A stretch of 60,342 nt of DNA, taken from NCBI GenBank assembly GCA_044237545.1, contig JBIIFB010000001.1, positions 1 through 60,342 of the forward strand, in the 5' to 3' direction. Below, in pieces: positions 35,133-44,830 of the stretch (position 1 is its first letter; every line of letters begins with the position of its first letter). Source of the DNA: Pirellulales bacterium. GTDB taxonomy: Bacteria > Planctomycetota > Planctomycetia > Pirellulales > UBA1268. The notes under the pieces were generated by a model that searched no databases, was not told the DNA's origin, and saw nothing but the letters and a program-made list of their open reading frames with translations. Both the position numbers and the translations under genes were made by a program.

Positions 35133-35181
35133 TCGGCATCCTGATCGGCGTCTCAGCACGGGAGGGCGGTTTTCCGGATCC

Positions 35182-36267
35182 ATGCGCGATCAACTCGAAG
35201 CCAAGCTTTCCCGGTTCGAGGCTCTCGAACGCGCGATGGTCGATCCCGGGGTGCTGTCTGACCAGACGCGGCTTTCGGCCGTGGCCCGTGAGCATGGGAC
35301 GCTGGCGAGGGTCGCGCTGAGATACCGTCAGTTCGTCGCGCTCGAGCGGGAAATCGCAGAGCATGTCGAGATGGCGACGGGCGCTGATCGTGACCTGAAG
35401 GATCTCGCCGAGTCGGAACTGCCCAGCTTGCGGCAGCGGCGGGAGCAGGAATGGGACGAGCTGCTTGAACTCTGCTCCGACGATGAGGATGCCGACCGGG
35501 CCCGCTGCATCATGGAACTGCGGGCCGGCACGGGCGGCGACGAAGCGGCGCTTTTTGTTCGCGACCTCTACGAGATGTATCGTCGCTACGCTGCCGAGCA
35601 GGGCTGGGAGATCGAGGTGCTCGATGCGAGCCCTACCGAACTCGGCGGCTTCAAGGATCTTGTGCTGGGGCTGTCGGGCACCGCGATCTACCGCAAGCTG
35701 CAGTATGAGAGCGGCGGGCATCGCGTGCAGCGGGTGCCAGACACCGAGACGAAGGGGCGTATTCACACCTCGGCCGCCACCGTCGCGGTGCTGCCGGAGC
35801 CCGAGGACGTGGAGGTGTCGCTGTCGCCTGATGACTACCGCAAGGATCTTTTTTGTGCGAGTGGTCCGGGAGGACAGCACGTCAACAAGACGGCCTCGGC
35901 AGTCCGGCTCACCCACCTCGAAACCAACATCGTCGTCCAGTGCCAGGACGAGAAGAGCCAGCACAAAAATCTGGCCAAGGCACTCCGCGTGCTCAAGACC
36001 AGGCTGTATGAATACCGCCGTAGCATTGAGCACGAGAAACGGGCCTCGGAACGGCGGACGCTCGTGGGCTCGGGTGACCGCAGCCAGCGGATCCGTACCT
36101 ATAATTTCCCGCAGAACAGGCTCACCGATCATCGAATCAACGAGAGTTTCACGCTCGATCAGGTGATGGTCGGGCGGCTGGGCCTGGTCATCGACGCGAT
36201 CGAGCGGCATGCCCGCGAGCTCAGGAAAAGCGAGATGGAGCGTTCCGCCCGGGTCGGGGCGACCTGA
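35182..36267 (+). CDS. prfA: Peptide chain release factor 1
   Basis: The GGQ motif context is [33 protein letters not shown] is RF1-type. The gene sits next to prmC. Confidence 0.96.
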   Translation: MRDQLEAKLSRFEALERAMVDPGVLSDQTRLSAVAREHGTLARVALRYRQFVALEREIAEHVEMATGADRDLKDLAESELPSLRQRREQEWDELLELCSDDEDADRARCIMELRAGTGGDEAALFVRDLYEMYRRYAAEQGWEIEVLDASPTELGGFKDLVLGLSGTAIYRKLQYESGGHRVQRVPDTETKGRIHTSAATVAVLPEPEDVEVSLSPDDYRKDLFCASGPGGQHVNKTASAVRLTHLETNIVVQCQDEKSQHKNLAKALRVLKTRLYEYRRSIEHEKRASERRTLVGSGDRSQRIRTYNFPQNRLTDHRINESFTLDQVMVGRLGLVIDAIERHARELRKSEMERSARVGAT

Positions 36268-36328
36268 TCGGTGCGACCTGATCGGGGCGACCTGATCGGG
36301 GCGACCTGATCGGGGCGACCTGATCGGT
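36259..36328 (+). repeat. Five tandem copies of the 14-mer GCGACCTGATCGG(G/T), beginning at the prfA stop codon
   Basis: Copies start at 36259, 36273, 36287, 36301 and 36315. The prfA TGA (36265-36267) lies inside copy 1. An inverted partial copy, gatcgccccgatcg, follows at about 36337-36350. Confidence 0.95.
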
Positions 36329-36458
36329 TGTGGAGAGATCGCCCCGATCGTCCGGCCGCTGCTTCACTTGATCGCTTGCCCCATCAGGCCCCGCATCACA
36401 CTTCCCATCATCCCCCACCAACCGGATCGCCCCCGACCACCCCGGACGGAGAGTCACC

Positions 36459-37364
36459 ATGGCCGTTGAAGAGCCGAAAGACATTTGGACGGTGGGCCGA
36501 CTGCTCACCTGGACGACCGAGTGGTTGACCTCCCGTGGGAGTGATTCTCCACGGCTCGATGCGGAGGTGCTCCTGGCATCGGTCCGCGGCTGCCCCCGCA
36601 TCGCGCTTTACACGGCGTTCGACGTGCCGGTGAACGACGACGAGCGGGCCCGGTTTCGGTCCGTGGTGAAGCGGCGGGGCGAAGGGGAACCGGTGGCCTA
36701 TCTGGTTGGCAACAAGGAGTTTTTCTCGCTGTCGTTCGCCGTGAGCCCGGCGGTGCTGGTGCCCCGGCCCGAAACAGAGGGGCTCGTCGTCCGCGTGCTC
36801 GATCTCCATCCATCGGCAGAACCCAAGGGCCCGCGGCTACGCATCGTCGACGTTGGCACCGGATCGGGGGCGATTGCCGTGACCCTGGCTGCGACCTTGG
36901 CGAAGCGGCTCCAGCAGGCGGAGTTTGTCGCCACCGACATCTCCTCAGCGGCTCTCTCGGTGGCCCGCGAGAATGCCCAGCGGCATGGGGTCGCGGATCA
37001 GATCGAGTTTGTCGAATGCGATCTGCTCGACGATCCGCGGGTGGCGGGCCCGTGGGATGTGATCGTGAGCAACCCACCCTACATCCGCGAGGATGAATTC
37101 GACGCCCTGCCCCGTGACGTGCGGCTGCACGAGCCGAGGACGGCGCTCGTCGCAGGGCCGACCGGGGTGGAGGTCATCGCCCGGCTGGTCGCCGCGGCAG
37201 CCCAGAAACTCGCACCGGGGGGCTGGCTGGTGATGGAGGTGGGGCCGGCGACGGCCAGTGCGGCCGAGGCGATCGTCGTTGCGGAGTCGGAGCTCGTGCT
37301 CGAACCCACGCTCAAGGACATGGCAGGACTGCCAAGGATCGTGCAGGCCCGCCGCCGCGGGTGA
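36459..37364 (+). CDS. prmC: Release factor glutamine N5-methyltransferase (PrmC/HemK)
   Basis: It has the NPPY motif (IVSNPPYI) and the SAM-binding VDVGTGSGAI, and lies downstream of prfA. Confidence 0.92.
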   Translation: MAVEEPKDIWTVGRLLTWTTEWLTSRGSDSPRLDAEVLLASVRGCPRIALYTAFDVPVNDDERARFRSVVKRRGEGEPVAYLVGNKEFFSLSFAVSPAVLVPRPETEGLVVRVLDLHPSAEPKGPRLRIVDVGTGSGAIAVTLAATLAKRLQQAEFVATDISSAALSVARENAQRHGVADQIEFVECDLLDDPRVAGPWDVIVSNPPYIREDEFDALPRDVRLHEPRTALVAGPTGVEVIARLVAAAAQKLAPGGWLVMEVGPATASAAEAIVVAESELVLEPTLKDMAGLPRIVQARRRG

Positions 37365-37460
37365 CCAAGGGCCCATTTGCCCCCGCTCGCCGCCGCGCTC
37401 GCCATGAAGGGTATGGGAGACGCGCCACAGTTCGTGCCGATGGGCCTTACAATGGGCCAG

Positions 37461-37520
37461 GAGCTGCGCCATGAGCTGCGCCGTGAGCTGCGCCGGGAGC
37501 TGGGCCGGGAGCTGCGCCGG
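37461..37520 (+). repeat. Five tandem copies of the 12-mer GAGCTG(C/G)GCC(A/G)(T/G)
   Basis: The copies run from 37461 to 37520 in 12-nt steps. In the comEC frame they read ELRH ELRR ELRR ELGR ELRR. Confidence 0.95.
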
Positions 37521-37547
37521 GCGTTCGTCGCATGGCTCGGCAGCTGC

Positions 37548-40343
37548 ATGCGGCGGGAGCCGTTGCCCGACCGGCCGCTCGTGGCTGTTGCCGTTGGGCT
37601 GGCGGTCGGCAGTGCGATCGGGGGTATGGTCACTCTTTCACCGCTCGTCTGGTGGCTCTTCGCCGTGATCGCGATTGTGGCATGGGGAGGACTGGCCCGC
37701 GTGGCGTGGCCGGGCTGGTCATCACTGGCCCTGCTGGTCGCAGTCGGTTGCGGTGGCGCGGGCTGGTGTGCGGTCCGTTCCAATCTGTTTTCCCACGACG
37801 ATCTGGCGTGGAACCTGACATCGTCTCCCCAGCCGGTGGCGATCGAGGGCCTCGTGGTGGAGTCCCCCCGGCGGCTATCGGCACCGATGCTCGACCCGTT
37901 GCGGAGCCAGGCTGCGCAGGCGGCGATGCACCGGCCCTCGAGCGAGTGTGTCGTGGCGATACGAGCTGTTCGCCGCGGCTCGAAGTGGCATCCTGCCGCC
38001 GGCCGGGCTGCGTTGATCGTAGACGGCGAACCGCCCGACCTGATTGCCGGGTGCCGGGTGCGGGTGTTTGGGCGTGGCATGCGGCCTCCGACCCCGCTCA
38101 ATCCCGATGAATTCGATTTTCGGGCGCGGGCGAGATCCTTGCGATGCCTCTCCATTGTGCGGGCCCATTCGACGGAGTGCATCCGCGTGCTCTCCCGACC
38201 CGGGGCATGGTCGGCCATGGCATGGCTCGACCGGCTCCGAAACAACGGAGCGAGTGTCTTGCATCGCCATCTTTCCCCTGAGCGGGCGCCGCTGGCGGCG
38301 GCCTTGCTGCTCGGCAGTCGGGAATCACTGCCGCGGGAGGAGTCGCTCGAATTTCTGGTCACAGGCACGATCCACATCCTGTCGATCTCAGGGCTCCACG
38401 TCGGCTTCCTGTCGTTGGCACTCTTCAAGGTGCTTCGGCTGCTTGCGCTGCCCCGCAACTGGTCGCTCGTGGCCGTGGCCTGTACGACCGGGCTCTACAT
38501 GATTCTCGTGCGGGCCGAGACGCCCGTCGTGCGGGCGACGTTGCTCATCTGGCTGACCTGCCTGGGGGCGGCGCTGGGGAGGCGATCGCTGGCGGCCAAT
38601 TCGCTGGCCTTGGCGGCGATCCTCGTGCTTCTTTGGCATCCTCCCGAACTCTTCCGGATCGGCTCGCAGTTGTCGTTTCTTTCGACGGCCGTGCTGATCG
38701 GGGCGTCGGCCGCCCTGCCCCGCACCGATCCAAACGACCCGATCGAGAGGCTCATCGAACGCAGCCGGTCGCCGCTGGAGCGACGCCTCCGTCGGATCGG
38801 TCGGCAGGGGCTGGAGATGGTGATCACGGGCGCCGCGGTCTGGGCTGTGACGGCGCCGGTGGTGGCTGCACGGTTTCACCTGGTCAGCCCGGTGGGGCTG
38901 GTCCTCAATCCCGTGATTGCCCCATTGGTGGCCGTGGCCATGGCCTGGGGGTTTCTCTGTCTGGTGGCCGCGACGGTGTCGGCAACGCTCGCGGCAGCCT
39001 GCGGTTTTGCCTGCGACGCCACGCTGCGTTGCATCGGGGCCGTGGTGGCCTGGGCCGCCGGACTGCCGGGTGGATATTTCTGGGTGGCCGGACCTCCAGA
39101 CTGGTGGGTGGCGGGCTGGTATGCAGTGCTGGCCGCCACGCTGCTCATTGCGTCGCGGGAGCGGCTGACCCGCGTCAGCACGTGGGTTGTGGTGGCGGCG
39201 GCATGGGTGGGCGTGGGATGGGTCGGTCTGGCCGCGCAGCGGCTGATCTATCAACAGCACGCCGAAACGCGTGTGGTGGTGACGGCAATGGGGCATGGCT
39301 GCGGGATCGTGGTCAGGAGCCCGACTGGCCGATGCCTTGTCTACGACGCCGGCCGGCTCGGCGCCCCATCGGCGGCACGACGGGCCATCACTGCCGTGCT
39401 CTGGCACGAGGGCGTGCACCGCATCGACACGCTCGTTCTTTCCCATGCGGACACCGACCATTTCAATGCCGTGCCGGAACTGCTCGATCGCTTCGACGTG
39501 GGGGAGATCGTCGTGCCGCCTCCGTTTCTTGCCAGCGATTCGTGGGCGGTGGCGGAGGTGCTGCGGCAGGCCCACACGGCGGGCATTCCGGTGCGGACCA
39601 CGCAGGCCGGGGACTCGTTCGCCCTCGATCCGCACTGCCGTATCCGCGTGTTGCATCCGTCGCCCGGAATCGCGGGCGTGCCCGTGCGGGACGTGGCGTT
39701 GAACGAGGCCGTGGCGACAGACAACGAGACGAGCCTCGTGCTCGCGGTCGAGTCGGCGGGCCGCCGGATGCTGCTCACCGGTGACATTGAGGGGGAGGCG
39801 CTGGCTCGATTTCTTGACTCCGCTCCGGGGAGTTGCGACGTGCTCTTGGCGCCGCATCATGGCAGTCGCACGAGCCTGCCCGCCACCATCGGGCGAGTCA
39901 CGGCGGCCGATTGGGTGATCGTCAGCGGCGCGGGAGCCGCCGGTTGGCCGGACGTCCGCGACGCCTACGCCGTGGCCCGCGGGGATGGCGGTCGCATTCC
40001 CGTCGTGAAGACGGGCTCCGACGAGGCGTCGACGGGCGGCGCCATCGCGGTGGTGCTCACGGCTTCAGCCGTGCGGGTGACGCAGTTCGTCAATGGACGA
40101 TGGCAGGATGTGCCAGCCGGCCTTGGGCAAGAAGCCCCCCCAACAAAGGAAAGCGGCGGAAGCCGGGGGACTCCGTGCGGAAGCCGGCGCTTGCATGGGA
40201 CCGTTCATACAAGCCCGGAGCGTGAGCGATGGGATTCCCCGTCGCTGCTCGACCGTGTGAGCGCCCAGCCGGCCGCGATCACAAACAACTGGCTGGCCAC
40301 AAAGCCTGCGAGCAGCAGCAACACGCCGCTGGTAAACCCGTAA
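37548..40343 (+). CDS. comEC: ComEC/Rec2 family DNA internalization protein with a C-terminal metallo-beta-lactamase domain
   Basis: It has a polytopic competence domain (FLVTGTIHILSISGLHVGF) and MBL motifs (LVLSHADTDHF, LLAPHHGS). The start is uncertain (37548 preferred; the ORF is open from 37377). The 3' tail runs through a REP unit into the convergent gene. Confidence 0.85.
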   Translation: MRREPLPDRPLVAVAVGLAVGSAIGGMVTLSPLVWWLFAVIAIVAWGGLARVAWPGWSSLALLVAVGCGGAGWCAVRSNLFSHDDLAWNLTSSPQPVAIEGLVVESPRRLSAPMLDPLRSQAAQAAMHRPSSECVVAIRAVRRGSKWHPAAGRAALIVDGEPPDLIAGCRVRVFGRGMRPPTPLNPDEFDFRARARSLRCLSIVRAHSTECIRVLSRPGAWSAMAWLDRLRNNGASVLHRHLSPERAPLAAALLLGSRESLPREESLEFLVTGTIHILSISGLHVGFLSLALFKVLRLLALPRNWSLVAVACTTGLYMILVRAETPVVRATLLIWLTCLGAALGRRSLAANSLALAAILVLLWHPPELFRIGSQLSFLSTAVLIGASAALPRTDPNDPIERLIERSRSPLERRLRRIGRQGLEMVITGAAVWAVTAPVVAARFHLVSPVGLVLNPVIAPLVAVAMAWGFLCLVAATVSATLAAACGFACDATLRCIGAVVAWAAGLPGGYFWVAGPPDWWVAGWYAVLAATLLIASRERLTRVSTWVVVAAAWVGVGWVGLAAQRLIYQQHAETRVVVTAMGHGCGIVVRSPTGRCLVYDAGRLGAPSAARRAITAVLWHEGVHRIDTLVLSHADTDHFNAVPELLDRFDVGEIVVPPPFLASDSWAVAEVLRQAHTAGIPVRTTQAGDSFALDPHCRIRVLHPSPGIAGVPVRDVALNEAVATDNETSLVLAVESAGRRMLLTGDIEGEALARFLDSAPGSCDVLLAPHHGSRTSLPATIGRVTAADWVIVSGAGAAGWPDVRDAYAVARGDGGRIPVVKTGSDEASTGGAIAVVLTASAVRVTQFVNGRWQDVPAGLGQEAPPTKESGGSRGTPCGSRRLHGTVHTSPERERWDSPSLLDRVSAQPAAITNNWLATKPASSSNTPLVNP

Positions 40344-43300
40344 CTGTGGAGGCCGATGCCGAGCTGGTTGGTGCCAAACCAACTCCAGGCCGTGATGATG
40401 TTGCCGCCGATGGCAAAGAGTGCGAAGCCCCGGGGGCCGAGCCAGCGGTCCCACCGGGCGTGGAGGGCGGCCGCGTTCCAGAGCACGATCATCAGCGCAC
40501 CGTTTTCCTTCGGATCCCAGCCCCAGAAGCGGCCCCAGCTGTCGTCTGCCCAGAGGCCGCCGAGCACCGTGCCGATGAAGCTGAAGAAGAGGGCGAAGCA
40601 GACCACGCCGTAGGTCATGCGATAGAGCTGATCCTGCGACTGCCGGGCGGCGAGCCGTTGCTGCTCGGTCGACGTCGATGCCGTCCATCCGGCGGCGATC
40701 CGTTGCACGACCGAGAAGATGCCAAGCACGCCGGCCAGAAAGGTGGCACCGTAGCCGAGCGTGACCGTGATCACGTGTGTGGAAAGCCAGAACTGCGTGT
40801 CGAGAACCGCCTGCAAGACGTGCATGGTGTCGCCCGAATCGAGGCCATAGGCCACCATGAGCGTGAGCCCTCCGCTGAGGGCCGCCACCAGGTTGCCGAT
40901 GCCGTTGGCATGCAGTCCCTCGAGGGCCAGGCCCGCCAGCACGCAGGCCCAGCCGATAAAGACGGCGGAGGAATAGAGATTCACCACCGGCGGGCGGCCA
41001 GTGAGGTAGACGCGGCTGCCGAGGGCGAACGTGTGGAGCAGCAGAATGCCGACCAGCATCCAGAACACGAACCGGTTCAGTGGGCGTCGGCCGACCAGAA
41101 AGCTGGAAAAGCAGATGATCCCTGACAGCACGTAGAGCCACTTCGCCAGATCGGTGGGATTGAACCGGTTGAGCCAGGCCTCGAAGGCAGCCTTGTCGGC
41201 CGTGCTGCGAACCTCGGGCAATGAAGCCGTCGACGCCTTGAAAGCATCGAGGGCCCGGTTGAAGTCGGCCGGGGTTCGGGTCACCGCGCCAAGCAGTTCG
41301 GTCAACGGCAGCAGGCCGGGATGGACCTCGAAGGCCGGCTGTCCGGGCCGGCCAGCCAAAAGCTTGCTGACGATCGCAGATACCCAGGCCGGATAGAGCG
41401 ATTGCCATTGCCCATCGCTTTCGCGGGTCGACGACGCTCCCGCCATCGGCTTCGGGGGAAGTGCCGCCGGCGGATGACTGGCCTCGATCCGCCGGGCCAT
41501 CTGCATGACGCGCTCCATCTCGCCGAGCATTTCCTTCCGCGCCTCTTCCCCTTCCCCTGGATCGGGTAGCCGTGGGGTTTCGTAGCTGTAACGAAGCAGG
41601 TCGTAGGCCATCAGTTTCTGGTTGATCTCGGAGAACTTTTTCTGGGTGAAACTGAACTGTTCCGGCGGCACGTCCCGCATCGACTCCAACTGCGTGCGGA
41701 GTCTGGGAAGGCCGGCGTCGAGTTCGGCATGGCTGTAGCGATGCCCCTTTCGCCGCGTGAGGTCGAACAGGTCGGTGACCTCCTGCGCGTCGATGCGAAA
41801 CACCGGCGCATGCTCCACCCATTCCGCCCCTGCCATCATCCCGAGCATCCACCGCGCCGCCGAGACCGTGCCGACGGGCAGATCGGCGGGAGGCCGCGCG
41901 GCACCAACTTTGGCATCCCCGCCTGCCTGGGCCTCGCCTGCCTTCGGCATGATTACGCTCGTGCGGTTGCCGAGCAGTTGCAGCGTGTTGCGGGCCACGG
42001 TGTCGAGTGGCTTGATGCGTCCTTCGTGCAGCACCGGCAGGGCCGCCGCACTCCGCCAGTCGCGGGTGTCGTCTCGCGGTGACCGGTCGTAGTTCGCCAT
42101 CAGGCAGAACAAGGCCACGCACGACAGGGCAAGGACCGGAATGAGGAGTTCGGCTACCGGCGTTGCCGGCTGGCGAACCGTGCCCTCTGCCGATGCAAGC
42201 CGCTCCCCGGCGCGGCGGGCCGCCCGCCGTTGATTGCGACTCGCTCCCGCTTGTCCCCCCACGGTCGATGTTTCCACGGCATGAGCGGACCGGTCAGCAT
42301 GCACGTCATCCAGATCGCGGGGGCCGGTCAGGCCACGGTCGTAACGGTCCGCAAACCGCAGGAAAGTGCCGCCGAAGTGGGCGAGCATGCCCCACAGGGC
42401 CAGCACGCAGGCAACGTAGGGAATCAGCCAGCCGGCATTCTCCACGACCTGCAGGCCGGTCATCTCGCTCCGCGTGCCGTCGGGAAGCTCGACGGTCGAA
42501 TACTGGCTCTGGTAGAAGGTTTCGCCGCGGTAGCGGACCGGGTTGTTCATCCAGATCCGGCCGTCCTGCTGTGCATGCGTGGCGGTGTCGGTAAAGGTGA
42601 CGTAGGAGGAGTAGTCACGGGGCGTCTCGCTCGCGCCGTAGTTGATCCGGCGGACGTCCGTGAGCGCGACGGAGTAGGGTTTGTATTCGCGACGATACCG
42701 CAACTGGAGACGGTACGGCGTGCCGTCCACCTCGACGGTGTCGACCTCGTCACCACCGGCACCCATGAAGAGCTGTGCCTGGTCGTTGAGGTATTGGCTG
42801 ACCAGAAACGTGCCCAGATCGGCTCCGGTGGCCCGGTTCACAAGGTTCACATAGGCCGAAGAGATGTTGGGCTTGGAGCTAGCGCCCCCCTCTGGGGCTT
42901 TGTTCGTCGCCAGCCAACTCCTGCCGATCCCGGTCGTGGCCTGGTTCGGCGCCACCGGACCCACACGCATCACGCCGGAATTCGGAAAGAAGGAGAGCAC
43001 CCGCACGTCGAACGGCAGGCCATCCGGTTTGATCGGGTCGCCGCCGGTCCGGGCCTTGAGAAGGCGGCCGGAGATGACCGTCACCTGATCGTTGGCCGCA
43101 TCGGAAGACTGGATCACGGCCAGTTCGGTCTCGTCCGTACGCAGCGCCATGCTGCTCGACTGTCCCTCGATCAGCGCCATGCGCTCCTCGATCTGGCGGT
43201 CGCCAAAGGCAAACTGACCCAGCATGAGCAGTCCCACACCGAGATGGATCAGCACGTTGCCGCCACGGCTGCCGAACACCATGATCAGGCCCGCCAGCAG

Positions 43301-44044
43301 GATCAGCGATGCCACGCTCGACTGGATGAGTTGCCACATGATCCGCAGGCCCGGCTCACTCATCCGCCACCCCTCGCCGCCGAAGAGGCTGATCGCTGCC
43401 ACCGTGGCGGCGGATGCCGCGGCCACCCAGAGCACGATCCGGGTCAGCCGGCTGACATCACGCCCGGCGACCGCGGCCCAGCCCAGCCCTCCGGCCAGCG
43501 TTACAGCCGCGGCCTGCACAAGGCGCCAGACGGTCGCGTAGTCGATCGGCGGCCGGCCCTGCAATCCGTCGGCATAGTGGCCGCTCAGGATCACCAGCAG
43601 CGTCAAGAGGCCGCCCACCAGCGACACAATGGTGCCCGCCAGAAGCCTCGATCCGGTGGCATGGACTTGAAAACGGGTCAGCTTCGCGGCAATCAGGTTG
43701 ACCAGGAGCACCAGGCCGATCGTCGCCCCGCCCGGAAAGGGAAACCAGCCAGTGAGTGTCGATGGCCCAAAAACCGTGACGGGGAAAAAGTCGGAGAACG
43801 GCACCTGCGCGACCCAGCTGTTGAAATACTCCTGCTTCACCTCCGGCAGGTTTTTTTCGTCCTGCGCGAGCGTGCCGACGAACAGCACGAAGATGCCGGC
43901 GAGAAACATCACCACCGTGATCTTGAGTGATCCGGCCGCCCGAAGGGCCTGCCACGCAAGTGATCCGTCGCCGCGAGACGCGGTGCGGGCGGTGGCCCGT
44001 GTCGCCTGAGCGAAGCCATGCGAGTCGAGACTGCCAGTGGCCAT
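40205..44044 (-). CDS. ccsBA: Fused system II cytochrome c biogenesis protein (ResB/Ccs1-like N-terminal part plus CcsA C-terminal part)
   Basis: The ResB-like N-terminus is LKITVVMFLAGIFVLFVGTLAQ. The CcsA WWD motif is WGRFWGWDPKENGALM. ATG 44044 is preferred, and GTG 44098 would overlap the upstream stop. Confidence 0.86.
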   Translation of the reverse strand: MATGSLDSHGFAQATRATARTASRGDGSLAWQALRAAGSLKITVVMFLAGIFVLFVGTLAQDEKNLPEVKQEYFNSWVAQVPFSDFFPVTVFGPSTLTGWFPFPGGATIGLVLLVNLIAAKLTRFQVHATGSRLLAGTIVSLVGGLLTLLVILSGHYADGLQGRPPIDYATVWRLVQAAAVTLAGGLGWAAVAGRDVSRLTRIVLWVAAASAATVAAISLFGGEGWRMSEPGLRIMWQLIQSSVASLILLAGLIMVFGSRGGNVLIHLGVGLLMLGQFAFGDRQIEERMALIEGQSSSMALRTDETELAVIQSSDAANDQVTVISGRLLKARTGGDPIKPDGLPFDVRVLSFFPNSGVMRVGPVAPNQATTGIGRSWLATNKAPEGGASSKPNISSAYVNLVNRATGADLGTFLVSQYLNDQAQLFMGAGGDEVDTVEVDGTPYRLQLRYRREYKPYSVALTDVRRINYGASETPRDYSSYVTFTDTATHAQQDGRIWMNNPVRYRGETFYQSQYSTVELPDGTRSEMTGLQVVENAGWLIPYVACVLALWGMLAHFGGTFLRFADRYDRGLTGPRDLDDVHADRSAHAVETSTVGGQAGASRNQRRAARRAGERLASAEGTVRQPATPVAELLIPVLALSCVALFCLMANYDRSPRDDTRDWRSAAALPVLHEGRIKPLDTVARNTLQLLGNRTSVIMPKAGEAQAGGDAKVGAARPPADLPVGTVSAARWMLGMMAGAEWVEHAPVFRIDAQEVTDLFDLTRRKGHRYSHAELDAGLPRLRTQLESMRDVPPEQFSFTQKKFSEINQKLMAYDLLRYSYETPRLPDPGEGEEARKEMLGEMERVMQMARRIEASHPPAALPPKPMAGASSTRESDGQWQSLYPAWVSAIVSKLLAGRPGQPAFEVHPGLLPLTELLGAVTRTPADFNRALDAFKASTASLPEVRSTADKAAFEAWLNRFNPTDLAKWLYVLSGIICFSSFLVGRRPLNRFVFWMLVGILLLHTFALGSRVYLTGRPPVVNLYSSAVFIGWACVLAGLALEGLHANGIGNLVAALSGGLTLMVAYGLDSGDTMHVLQAVLDTQFWLSTHVITVTLGYGATFLAGVLGIFSVVQRIAAGWTASTSTEQQRLAARQSQDQLYRMTYGVVCFALFFSFIGTVLGGLWADDSWGRFWGWDPKENGALMIVLWNAAALHARWDRWLGPRGFALFAIGGNIITAWSWFGTNQLGIGLHSYGFTSGVLLLLAGFVASQLFVIAAGWALTRSSSDGESHRSRSGLV
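40206..40237 (+). repeat. Single REP-like unit (v2 type) between or within convergent gene ends
   Basis: catacaagcccggagcgtgagcgatgggattc matches the family consensus. Confidence 0.85.
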
Positions 44045-44088
44045 GGGCGTGGGTTCCGTGCTGTGCTGTGGCGGTGGGTGTCGGTGGG

Positions 44089-44784
44089 TCACTTCCACCG
44101 GATCGAGCGGATGAACTCCGTGAACGGTTCACGGAGGCTGCGGGCGAGACCGGCGGATCCCTTGAATTTGACGAACAGCGACACCGACTCTTCCAGCGGA
44201 ATCATGGCGGCAAGAATTGCCTGCTGTTTCTCCGGGCTCTTATCTTCGGGGCTCTGGTCTTCCGGGCTCTGGTCTTCCGGGCTCTGGCTCTCCGGAAGCC
44301 GGCTCTCCGGGCTCTGGTCGAGGAGCAGGATGATGGTGCCCTCCACGCCGTTGACTGAAACTTTTTCAGCCTGCTCGATGGCTCGCGACACCAGTTCGGG
44401 GCCCGCACCAGGGGTCAGTTGCTCCTGCCAGCGGGCGGCGTTGCCCTGGAGCGTGCCCGAAGCCGGAATGATCGTGATCTCGCCACCCCCCCCCGCGGCA
44501 TCGGAGCCTATTGTGAGCGTAGCCAGACGCATGCCGCTGGCTCCCAGGTCCGTCCAGCCAGCAGGCAGGTCGTACTCGAGCGCAAGTCCGCCGGGAGCCG
44601 CCATGGTCCCCCGGCCGGCAGGCGGTGACGGCCCGCCGATCGCGGTCCGCGGGGCCTTCTCCACCGACCGGGGCACGGTGTAGGTTCGCAGGTCGTTCGG
44701 CTGGATGTCGGCAGAGGGACGGCAGGAGGCCGCCGACCCGGCAACGATCACACAGTACAGCCAACGGCTCGAGGAACACATCAT
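44089..44784 (-). CDS. Hypothetical lipoprotein with a SPEDQ-type acidic repeat linker
   Basis: Signal and lipobox are MMCSSSRWLYCVIVAGSAASC. It contains the SPESRLPESQSPEDQSPEDQSPEDKSPE repeats. It lies directly upstream of the cytochrome c synthase gene. Confidence 0.68.
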   Translation of the reverse strand: MMCSSSRWLYCVIVAGSAASCRPSADIQPNDLRTYTVPRSVEKAPRTAIGGPSPPAGRGTMAAPGGLALEYDLPAGWTDLGASGMRLATLTIGSDAAGGGGEITIIPASGTLQGNAARWQEQLTPGAGPELVSRAIEQAEKVSVNGVEGTIILLLDQSPESRLPESQSPEDQSPEDQSPEDKSPEKQQAILAAMIPLEESVSLFVKFKGSAGLARSLREPFTEFIRSIRWK

Positions 44785-44830
44785 GCCAGTATCGTAGCAC
44801 GGGGGCCCGATGCCGGGGATTCTGGAGTCC

